NCBI GenBank assembly: GCA_964387265.1
Contig: CAYLWC010000003.1
Location: forward strand, 43,468-107,467
Length of the DNA: 64,000 nucleotides
Origin: an uncultured Vampirovibrionales bacterium
GTDB lineage: Bacteria > Cyanobacteriota > Vampirovibrionia > Vampirovibrionales > Vampirovibrionaceae
Direction of reading: 5' to 3'
A program made the translations under genes and the position numbers. This document shows, in pieces, positions 1 through 7,612 of the stretch. Each line of letters opens with the position of its first letter. Positions within the stretch are counted from its first letter, which is position 1. Below the pieces are notes generated by a model, which saw nothing but the letters and a program-made list of their open reading frames with translations, searched no databases and had not been told where the DNA came from.

Positions 1-707
1 ACCCGGATCTGGTGGTGTGTACCGGGGATGTGATTGCCGAAGGTAGTCAGTATCTGGATGAGGTGACTTATCTGTTAAAACAGATCAAGGCGCGCCATGG
101 TAAGCTGGCCTGTCTGGGCAACCATGATTATTCCGATGGCAAGGGAAGTTTGGGCGTCCGGTTGGCCTTGAAAAAAGCCGGATTCGATGTTCTGGTCAAT
201 GACAGCGTGACCTTGACCTTGGAACATCAGCAACTTTGTCTGGCCGGGACCGATGACTTGTTACTGGGCCGTCAATGCCTTAAAACCACCGCTCAGCGTC
301 TCGGGGAAGGGAAAACAACGGTTTTATTAAGTCACAATCCGGAAAATTTTACGGCCATGGCGGGGTTCAAGCCGGATCTGGTGTTGTCTGGGCATACCCA
401 CGGGGGACAGGTCCATCTGCCCGGTAGGTTCCACCATCGGTTTTTTAAGTCACCCTATATCGCCGGGTTGTATCAGCTTGCCAAGAGCCATCTCTACGTA
501 AACCGGGGACTGGGTTCCGCCGTGTTAATCCGTCATCTGGGAGAGCGGCGGCTTTCAATTCCTACCCCACGCTGGGCGGTTCGACCGGAAATTAGCGTGT
601 TTACCCTACTCAATCCGAAATTACTGCCCCAGCCGGATTCAACGGTGGTTCGTCTGGAACCGGCCGGATTAGCGGATATATCAGATCGATCCGTGGCGGT
701 GAGTTAA
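1..707 (+). CDS. Calcineurin-like metallophosphoesterase (YaeI/YkuE-like), 5' end outside the window
   Basis: The ORF runs from the window edge, starting with PDLVVCTGDV, so the gene begins upstream. GNHD and GHTHGGQ metallophosphatase motifs are present. Confidence 0.8.
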   Translation, partial: PDLVVCTGDVIAEGSQYLDEVTYLLKQIKARHGKLACLGNHDYSDGKGSLGVRLALKKAGFDVLVNDSVTLTLEHQQLCLAGTDDLLLGRQCLKTTAQRLGEGKTTVLLSHNPENFTAMAGFKPDLVLSGHTHGGQVHLPGRFHHRFFKSPYIAGLYQLAKSHLYVNRGLGSAVLIRHLGERRLSIPTPRWAVRPEISVFTLLNPKLLPQPDSTVVRLEPAGLADISDRSVAVS

Positions 708-964
708 CGGCTTTCTGGATGTTTAGGAGGCCGCAGCCGGTGCCTGAAAAACTCCCGATCTTGACGGGTGCCCTTCCCATCACCAGCGGCTCGATGGGCG
801 GCAATCAGACCTCGTTCTCGAGCGTCCAGATAGCTGGCCAAGGCCCGTAAGGCGTCACTCATCGTTTCTCCCCGTCCAGCAACAGTTTCTAGCCCGCTTA
901 ATGTCGCATACCATCCATCGTCCTGTCTGACGACCTCAACCTGAAATTTTTCCATGAAACGCAT
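704..964 (-). CDS. HicB-like (UPF0150) antitoxin-fold protein, orphan
   Basis: N-terminal MEKFQVEVVRQDDGWYATLSGLETVAGRGETMSDALRAL matches the HicB/UPF0150 fold pattern. The C-terminal tail overlaps the end of the phosphoesterase on the opposite strand. No HicA-like ORF lies adjacent. Confidence 0.4.
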   Translation of the reverse strand: MRFMEKFQVEVVRQDDGWYATLSGLETVAGRGETMSDALRALASYLDARERGLIAAHRAAGDGKGTRQDREFFRHRLRPPKHPESR

Positions 965-1079
965 CCAATCTGGTATCCTGCTTTAAACAGTGTAGGGAAT
1001 TTTGGACGACAATAAAATTACCCAACTGGGGATGATTTCCGGGTTTCAAGATTGTTTCCAGGCTGATCCGCGTAGCGGC

Positions 1080-1544
1080 TTAAAGGGAACAATGGCCGCC
1101 TTGCTTGAGATGGTATTTTTGGTGATACTCCTCAGCCCGGTAAAATTCGGAGGCAGGTGTAATGTCTGTCATGATGGGTTTGGGAAATCGCGCGGAAGCC
1201 AATTCTTTGGACCATTTTGCCATCTCGGCCTGCTCGGGAGTATGGAAGAAAATAACCGATCGATACTGCCTTCCGATATCCCAGCCCTGCCGGTTGAGTT
1301 GGGTGGGATCATGCACTTGCCAAAACACTGAAAGCAGCTGATCGTAAGAAATTTGTCGGGGATCAAAAGTCACCTGAACCACTTCGGCATGACCGGTTTG
1401 ATCGGTACAGACTTCCTGGTAGGTGGGATTGGCGGTTGTTCCCCCCATATATCCTACAGCGGTTTCCTCTACACCGGGCAGATTCATAAAGGCATCTTCG
1501 ACGCCCCAGAAACAACCGGCTCCAAAGGTGGCCTTTTCGCTCAT
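1080..1544 (-). CDS. msrA: Peptide methionine sulfoxide reductase MsrA
   Basis: GAGCFWG catalytic motif. The internal ATG at 1544 has an AGGAGT Shine-Dalgarno 6 nt upstream, so the longer 205 aa ORF is a 5' over-extension. Confidence 0.9.
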   Translation of the reverse strand: MSEKATFGAGCFWGVEDAFMNLPGVEETAVGYMGGTTANPTYQEVCTDQTGHAEVVQVTFDPRQISYDQLLSVFWQVHDPTQLNRQGWDIGRQYRSVIFFHTPEQAEMAKWSKELASARFPKPIMTDITPASEFYRAEEYHQKYHLKQGGHCSL

Positions 1545-1812
1545 TGATGTGACTCCTGATGTTTTAAAGGATTGGGTGGATTTGCTGTGATCTCTTGTGA
1601 TCTCCCGTGTTATATCCCCATAATAGCAAATTGGGGGTAAATTTTGGAGCAAAGTTTTGAGGGGGTGGGTTGTTGGCTGATCACTCAGGTAAGCCACCTG
1701 GCTAAATTTTCCCCCAAAGGCTTTACGGCGTCATGGGTTTGTCACACGATGCAGTGGATAACGTTCATACACCGCATCAGGAAAACAGATCAGTCGGTAG
1801 AGGGTATATTCT

Positions 1813-2931
1813 ATGGAGTTTGAGCAGCTTGTTCCGGACTTTCAACCCATTCCGTTCCCTGGGCCATTGTGGCTGCTGAAGCTGCTATTGATTGCCGGGT
1901 TCTATGGGCATGCCCTGCCCATGAACGTGGCCTTGATGGGGGGGCTGGTGGCTGGTGTGTTTATATTGACGGGCCAGCAAAAGGAACATGCGTATGCCCT
2001 TCGGTTAGGAAACACACTGGCGTTTTCCCTGCCGTTTTTTGTGTCTTTTGCAATCACCATGGGTATTGTGCCGCTGTTGTTTCTACAATTGGTCTACGGG
2101 CCACTATTTTACACCTCATCAGTGATTATGGCCGTCCCCTGGCTGTTGGTGATTTTTTTACTGCTCAGCGGTTATTACGGGTATTACGTGTTTGGCTATC
2201 AACGCCAGCGTCTGGCGGGGCGAGGCCCATGGTTCCTGCTGGCGATAGGTGTTGTGTTTATGGCCATCGCCTTTATGTTCAGCAACAACATGACCTTGAT
2301 GCTGACCCCAGATCGCTGGTTTGGCCTATACCATCACAGTCCTTCCGGCTTAAATCTGAATTGGGAGGAACCCCAGCTAATCCCCCGTTATGTGCATTTT
2401 ATAGTGGCGGCGGTGGCGGTGACGGGCTTAACCATTGGTACGTTTGGTCTATACTGGCACCCCCGCGAGCGGGAATATGGAAAGTGGCTGATTTCCACAG
2501 GGGCGGCGATTTTTCTGCTGGCTACCTTGCTTCAGTTTCCGGTGGGGATCTGGTTTATGCTGAGCTTGCCACATGACATCATGATGAATTTCCTGGGACG
2601 GGAGTTTTGGGGGACCGGGCTGCTGACCATGTCCATGGTGTTGGATGTTCTGGCGTTAGGGACCATGGTACTAGCTATGCGGAATGGCAGCCCCCGTCCG
2701 TTTCAGATCGGTATGGCGGCGTCCCTGATAGTTATTTTTCTGATGGTGGGGATGCGGCACATGCTCCGGGTGTATTACACCCAGGGGTTTTTTCAGCCGG
2801 AGGCCATGGCGGTTGAAACCCAGTTGATTCCGCTAGTCGCCTTTTTGCTTGGGTTGCTGGTGTTGGTGGGATACCTGATTTGGCTGCTTAAAATCACCTG
2901 GCAAGCGTTTCACTTACCACGTTCATTGTAG
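1813..2931 (+). CDS. Cytochrome bd subunit I-like (CydA-like, Q-loop-less 'bd-like') membrane protein, paralog 1
   Basis: About 8 TM segments. His in GFYGHALP is at the position of the CydA heme b558 ligand. It shares the MTLMLTPDRW motif with the downstream paralog (ITFMLTPGGW), matching E. coli CydA WILVANGWMQNP. GAGGG RBS. Confidence 0.6.
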   Translation: MEFEQLVPDFQPIPFPGPLWLLKLLLIAGFYGHALPMNVALMGGLVAGVFILTGQQKEHAYALRLGNTLAFSLPFFVSFAITMGIVPLLFLQLVYGPLFYTSSVIMAVPWLLVIFLLLSGYYGYYVFGYQRQRLAGRGPWFLLAIGVVFMAIAFMFSNNMTLMLTPDRWFGLYHHSPSGLNLNWEEPQLIPRYVHFIVAAVAVTGLTIGTFGLYWHPREREYGKWLISTGAAIFLLATLLQFPVGIWFMLSLPHDIMMNFLGREFWGTGLLTMSMVLDVLALGTMVLAMRNGSPRPFQIGMAASLIVIFLMVGMRHMLRVYYTQGFFQPEAMAVETQLIPLVAFLLGLLVLVGYLIWLLKITWQAFHLPRSL

Positions 2932-2960
2932 AGTGCGTCAAGAGAAGGGGGAGAAAATCC

Positions 2961-3440
2961 ATGTCTGCCGCGTCACCCAAACAACCTGGTTGGCCTTCTG
3001 GAAAGCCGGTGGAACGCCGAAATTTTCTGACCATTCTGGTGTCCGTGTTCGCGGCGCTTTGGGGCCTGATGACGCTGTATCCCATTTATCGGTATTTAAG
3101 GCCTCCCAAGGAGGATATGGCGGAAAGTACGGTTACGACGGTCATAGTCGGGGCGGCTGCTGATATTCCGGTGGGTAGCGGGCAGAATTTTCAGTTTGGC
3201 AATATCCCGGCCATCCTGACGCACCCGACGGAAACGGAATTTTATGCTTTTAACGCCATTTGTACCCATCTGGGATGTACCGTTCGGTTTCGCCCGGACA
3301 TGGATCGGATCTGGTGTGCCTGCCATGGAGGAATCTATGATCCGGTAACGGGCCGTGTTTTGGCGGGCCCCCCACCCCGCCCGCTGGCGAAACTAAAGGC
3401 AGAGGTGATCAATGATAATGTTGTGGTTTCTCGAGCGTAG
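2961..3440 (+). CDS. Rieske [2Fe-2S] iron-sulfur subunit of a bc/b6f-type complex (Tat-exported)
   Basis: RRNFL twin-arginine motif plus TM anchor. Box I CTHLGC and box II CACHGG. Strong GGGGGAG RBS. Confidence 0.9.
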   Translation: MSAASPKQPGWPSGKPVERRNFLTILVSVFAALWGLMTLYPIYRYLRPPKEDMAESTVTTVIVGAAADIPVGSGQNFQFGNIPAILTHPTETEFYAFNAICTHLGCTVRFRPDMDRIWCACHGGIYDPVTGRVLAGPPPRPLAKLKAEVINDNVVVSRA

Positions 3441-3454
3441 GGGAGGGACTCATC

Positions 3455-4531
3455 ATGACCTCTCCAGTTGAGCGTTTGTACCAGTGGCTGGATACCCGGC
3501 TGGATTTGGAAAGCTACCGGCGGTTTGCCGAGAATAAATGGGTGCCCATGCATCACCAATCGGCCTGGTATTACATGGGCGGGATTGTGCTGATACTCCT
3601 GCTGATTCAGGTGTTGACCGGGTTGTTGCTCATGGTCTATTACGTGCCGGAGATTAAATCAGCCTATACCAGCATCTTAAAAATTAATTCCCAGATTGAT
3701 TTTGGATGGTTTATTCGCTCGCTTCATAGTTGGGGTGCCAATTTAATGATTTTGGCGTTGTTCTTGCACATGTTTAGCACATATTTTATGAAGGCCTACC
3801 GCCCTCCCCGAGAAATTACCTGGCTGACCGGGCTTGTTTTATTGTTGATTTCGGTTGGATTTGGCTTTACTGGTTATTTATTGCCATGGAATGAAGTCTC
3901 GTTTTTTGCCACAAAAATTGGGGTGGATATTACGGCGCAAACCCCTGTTATTGGGGAGACACTGGCTTTTTTACTGCGTGGAGGGCTGGATTTAAACCAG
4001 AATACGTTGTCTCGGTTTTTTGCCATTCACGTGATTCTTCTACCCCTGGCAACCTTGCCGGTATTGGGACTGCACATATGGCTAGTGCAGTTGCATGGGA
4101 TGTCCGAGCCGGAGTCTCTTCAGAAACTGCCTCCTGAAAAGCGCTCTTATGAAAAGTTTTCTCCGACGTTTGTCTTAAAAGATGTGATGGTCTGGATTCT
4201 GGTGGTCAATGTGCTGGCGATTCTGGTATCGCTATACCCTTGGGATGTGGGCATAGAAGCCAATCCCTTTGCTCCCGCACCGATAGGCATTAAACCGGAA
4301 TGGTATTTTCTGGCCATGTTTCAGGTGTTAAAACTCATTCCGCCTTATGTGCTGTTTCTGGAAGGAGAGCAGTTTGGGATTCTGCTATTTACTTTGTTGG
4401 GCTTGCTGTTTGCCTTGATCCCTTTTTGGGATCGGGGGATTTCGGCGCTTCGGGCTAAACTAGCCACAGGGTTTGGCTGGGTGATTCTGGTGCTGTTTAT
4501 TGTTTTTACGATCTGGGGGTGGGTCTCATGA
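3455..4531 (+). CDS. Cytochrome b6/subunit IV fusion (cytochrome b of a b6f-type complex)
   Basis: Paired His in helix B (LHSWGANLMILALFLHMF) and helix D (AIHVILLP...GLHIWL). PEWYFL motif of subunit IV. 358 aa is consistent with a fused b6 plus SUIV. Confidence 0.9.
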   Translation: MTSPVERLYQWLDTRLDLESYRRFAENKWVPMHHQSAWYYMGGIVLILLLIQVLTGLLLMVYYVPEIKSAYTSILKINSQIDFGWFIRSLHSWGANLMILALFLHMFSTYFMKAYRPPREITWLTGLVLLLISVGFGFTGYLLPWNEVSFFATKIGVDITAQTPVIGETLAFLLRGGLDLNQNTLSRFFAIHVILLPLATLPVLGLHIWLVQLHGMSEPESLQKLPPEKRSYEKFSPTFVLKDVMVWILVVNVLAILVSLYPWDVGIEANPFAPAPIGIKPEWYFLAMFQVLKLIPPYVLFLEGEQFGILLFTLLGLLFALIPFWDRGISALRAKLATGFGWVILVLFIVFTIWGWVS

Positions 4532-5895
4532 ATTATCCACTGTGGGATGTGCCCTACTTGGGTATCAGCTGGGTGATTGGCATTATTTCCATTGTCCATA
4601 TTTATGTCTCTCATTTTGCCGTGGGAGGCGGTATGTTCCTCGCTATTACGGAAAATATCGCTTATAAAAGGAACGATCAGCGGATGTATGATTACCTGAA
4701 AACCCACTCCCTGTTTTTCTTGCTGCTGACTACGGTATTTGGCGCCGTCACCGGACCGGGCATCTGGTGGGCCATCAGTCTGGGCAGCCCCAATGGAACT
4801 CAGGTGCTGATTCAGAATTTTACCTGGTTTTGGTCTTTGGAATATCTGGCCTTTGCCGCGGAAATCGCCACGATATTTGTCTATTACTATACCTGGGAGC
4901 GCATGTCTCGGGAACTTCACCTGAAACTGGCCTGGCTGTATTTTGCCATTTCAATTGCCACGCTGGTGATTATTAACGGTATTATTACCTTTATGCTGAC
5001 ACCGGGGGGCTGGCTGGAAAGCCGTAATATTTTCGAAGGCTTCTTCAACCCTACCTATTGGCCATCGAACTTTCTTCGCTTATTGATTATGTTTGGGATT
5101 GCGGGTATGTATGCGCTGATTACCGCATCCCGATTGCGAGACCAGGATTTTCGATCCTACATGCTCCGTTATTCGGCCAAGTGGCTGTTACCCATCTTTT
5201 TTCTCGGCCCCATTGTTGGACTCTGGTATTTTTATAACGTGCCCCAGGCGGCGATTGATACCATCTTTACAGGGATACATGCCTCTGGGGTGGGGAATTT
5301 TTCCATTCTGGCCAGGGTGGTCTACTTAAGCCTGTTTCTTTCCGGCACGATTCTGGTGTTTGCTTTTGTGGGGCCGTATCTCAACCCCAGGGGGTTTTCC
5401 TTTTATACGGCCATTGCCTTTATGCTCTGCGGCCTGGTGGTAACAGGAATGTCCGAATGGACCCGTGAGCTGCTGAGAAAGCCCTATGTGGTCTATGGGT
5501 TTATGTATTCCAATGGCATTTTAAAAGAGCGCGTGCCGGAGATTAACCGCGTGGGGTTTCTTAAATCGGCCAATTGGGCGCGACAGTCGCAAATATCAGG
5601 TCGAATGGAAGCCGGTGAGTTGATGTTTCGCTTCCAATGCATGTCTTGTCATACCCGAGTCGGGTATCGGGGAATAGATAAACTGCTGGCTGGACGGGAC
5701 CCGGAAGGGATCCGGGGCCTGTTGGCCTTGCTTCGGGAAACCGATCCGGCTCAAAACCCATATTCCGGTATTATGCCGCCCTTGCTAGGCAACGATGAGG
5801 AAGTGGAGGCCCTAGCCGTGTATTTGGATACATTGAACGGCAAGGATGCAACAGACAATTCGGTTACAGAGTCGGCGGCCCCAACCACGGAATGA
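4528..5895 (+). CDS. CydA-like (bd-like) membrane protein fused to a C-terminal monoheme cytochrome c domain, paralog 2
   Basis: ATGA overlap with the cytochrome b stop. N-terminal IVHIYVSHFAVGGGMF resembles CydA helix 1 with a heme-ligand His, plus conserved Glu pair SLEYLAFAAE. C-terminal soluble domain has a single CMSCH heme-binding site. Confidence 0.65.
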   Translation: MNYPLWDVPYLGISWVIGIISIVHIYVSHFAVGGGMFLAITENIAYKRNDQRMYDYLKTHSLFFLLLTTVFGAVTGPGIWWAISLGSPNGTQVLIQNFTWFWSLEYLAFAAEIATIFVYYYTWERMSRELHLKLAWLYFAISIATLVIINGIITFMLTPGGWLESRNIFEGFFNPTYWPSNFLRLLIMFGIAGMYALITASRLRDQDFRSYMLRYSAKWLLPIFFLGPIVGLWYFYNVPQAAIDTIFTGIHASGVGNFSILARVVYLSLFLSGTILVFAFVGPYLNPRGFSFYTAIAFMLCGLVVTGMSEWTRELLRKPYVVYGFMYSNGILKERVPEINRVGFLKSANWARQSQISGRMEAGELMFRFQCMSCHTRVGYRGIDKLLAGRDPEGIRGLLALLRETDPAQNPYSGIMPPLLGNDEEVEALAVYLDTLNGKDATDNSVTESAAPTTE

Positions 5896-5924
5896 CGCCC
5901 AGATTTCGAATATCCACCGGACAA

Positions 5925-5968
5925 AAAAACAAAAAAATTCGCCCCGATATAAAGCGGGGCGAATTCAT
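5925..5968 (-). terminator. Intrinsic terminator for sodC (probably bidirectional, also closing the respiratory operon)
   Basis: Perfect 11 bp inverted repeat AATTCGCCCCG/CGGGGCGAATT with an 8 nt loop. A-tract on one side gives a U-run on the minus-strand transcript. Confidence 0.6.
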
Positions 5969-5990
5969 GATTTCTATTATCAATGGCTGC

Positions 5991-6512
5991 TTACTGAATC
6001 ACGGCGCAGGCAATTCTTCCACCCGCATCCCCAGCGGGTTGGGAGACGTAGTCATCGGCTTTGGCATGAATAACCAATGCGGAGCCGTTTTCATCCAGTA
6101 GGCCATGAGGCCCGTCATCCAGTGTCACATGGCTTGCTAGGACGTCCAGAGTTAACTTACCGTCGGCGTTCACATACACGTTGGGGAGATCACCGGCGTG
6201 ATACCCGCCTTCCACTTTATACCCATGGGCATGGCCTTGTGGGTTGTAGTGTCCTCCGGCAGAGGCGAAGTCTGGAGGCGTACAAGTCCCGGTTTCATGA
6301 ATATGAAACGCATGCCAGCCTTCCGGGAGGTTTTGCAGCTCCGCCTGAATCAATACGCCGTTTGGGGTTGCCTTCAGGGCGGCGGTTCCAATGGATTCAC
6401 CCTGCACGTTGATAAACGTGGCGGTGTGCTTCTGGCACTCAGCCAAAACGTTTGCCGTCACAACGCCCAGCGCCAAAACAATCGCAGAAGCAAGAGCAAG
6501 CTTGTATTTCAT
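5991..6512 (-). CDS. sodC: Cu/Zn superoxide dismutase, periplasmic
   Basis: Signal peptide MKYKLALASAIVLALGVVTA. Cu/Zn-SOD motifs HAFHIHETGTC, GGHYNP and GGRIACAVI. The 237 aa ORF is trimmed to the internal Met at 6512. Confidence 0.9.
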   Translation of the reverse strand: MKYKLALASAIVLALGVVTANVLAECQKHTATFINVQGESIGTAALKATPNGVLIQAELQNLPEGWHAFHIHETGTCTPPDFASAGGHYNPQGHAHGYKVEGGYHAGDLPNVYVNADGKLTLDVLASHVTLDDGPHGLLDENGSALVIHAKADDYVSQPAGDAGGRIACAVIQ

Positions 6513-6895
6513 TGTCTCATCCCCATCATAAACGGAACAGATTGTCTCCCCATTGTAAGCCAAAAACCTGAATTCCCCAACCCGGATGCCTACCGATGTT
6601 TCCACAGACCTTGCCCCAGTCAAAGCGGCAGGCTGATCTCGACAGTACAACAAATGGGGTGATTTTTTGGAAAGCCGGGCCAGATGTTCTGCCTGTGTAT
6701 GCAAGTGGGTCTATCCAATGGTGCTGTTGGATCGCGTTAGACAGGTTGCTAAGTGAAGGCTACCCATCTATCTAATTGCCAAAAAGGTTGTCAATCATTA
6801 AACTCTTGAACTGGTGCACCCGAGATTCGGATGAGATCGGGAAAGCAAGCCCCGGTATCAGCCACCGGTATCTACCAATGGAAGAGGGGGTACAT

Positions 6896-7342
6896 ATGGA
6901 AGAGTTAAAAAGACGGTCACACCCGGCATTGGTCCACTTTCCCATAACACTGTTTCCAATCAGTCTGGTGTTTTTGCTGCTTTTTTACGGAACCGGGAAT
7001 CCGTTTTTCTTTATGGCCAGCTATTGGTGCTTTATGTTTGGAGTGATCTCGGTCATTCCTGTTGCCTTGACCGGTCTGCATGATATGAAGCGACTCAAGC
7101 ATGTCTCAGAGCAAGGGCATCGCTTGATGAATCTGCATCTGAAAAATGGTGTTTTTATCACGGTATTGAGCCTGCTTCTTGGCTTTTTCTTCCTCTGGCA
7201 GCCGCCTTACCATCGGGAAGGTCTCTTTTTCTTTTATACGGCCAGCTTGGTCCTGTTGTCCATTCTGGTGATGGTGCAGGGTTATGTGGCTGCCCGAATG
7301 ATTTACGGATTTCACCTGGGGGTAGAGGGGGATACCCGGTAA
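6896..7342 (+). CDS. DUF2231-like small integral membrane protein
   Basis: Four predicted TM helices. HPALVHFPI motif. ATG at 6896 preceded by GAGGGGG. Confidence 0.5.
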   Translation: MEELKRRSHPALVHFPITLFPISLVFLLLFYGTGNPFFFMASYWCFMFGVISVIPVALTGLHDMKRLKHVSEQGHRLMNLHLKNGVFITVLSLLLGFFFLWQPPYHREGLFFFYTASLVLLSILVMVQGYVAARMIYGFHLGVEGDTR

Positions 7343-7612
7343 CCCGCTAAAACACACAACATGAATTCAGCGGCCTGAAGTAAGCGGGTCGCTGATTGGG
7401 CGAACTGAAACGGCTAGAGATGTCCCCTGGTGTCTTCCAGCTTATCCCGTTCATAGCGGGCATTTCTGCGTGTGGGTTTGAGGGTGGGATGGTAAGAAAA
7501 TAATTGTCTTTGTAAATAAATGTAAATATAAAAGGGATTTCGATCAAATATCCGAAGTATATATTTTTTATTTAAGCGTAGGGATGTTAAACAAAAAATG
7601 AGGGATAAAGGT

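Noticed and set aside
1869-2576. 235 aa Gly/Ala-rich ORF in an alternative frame inside the first CydA-like gene
   Set aside because: Same-strand frame overlap with a well-supported membrane-protein gene. Its composition is typical of an off-frame translation of GC-rich coding DNA.
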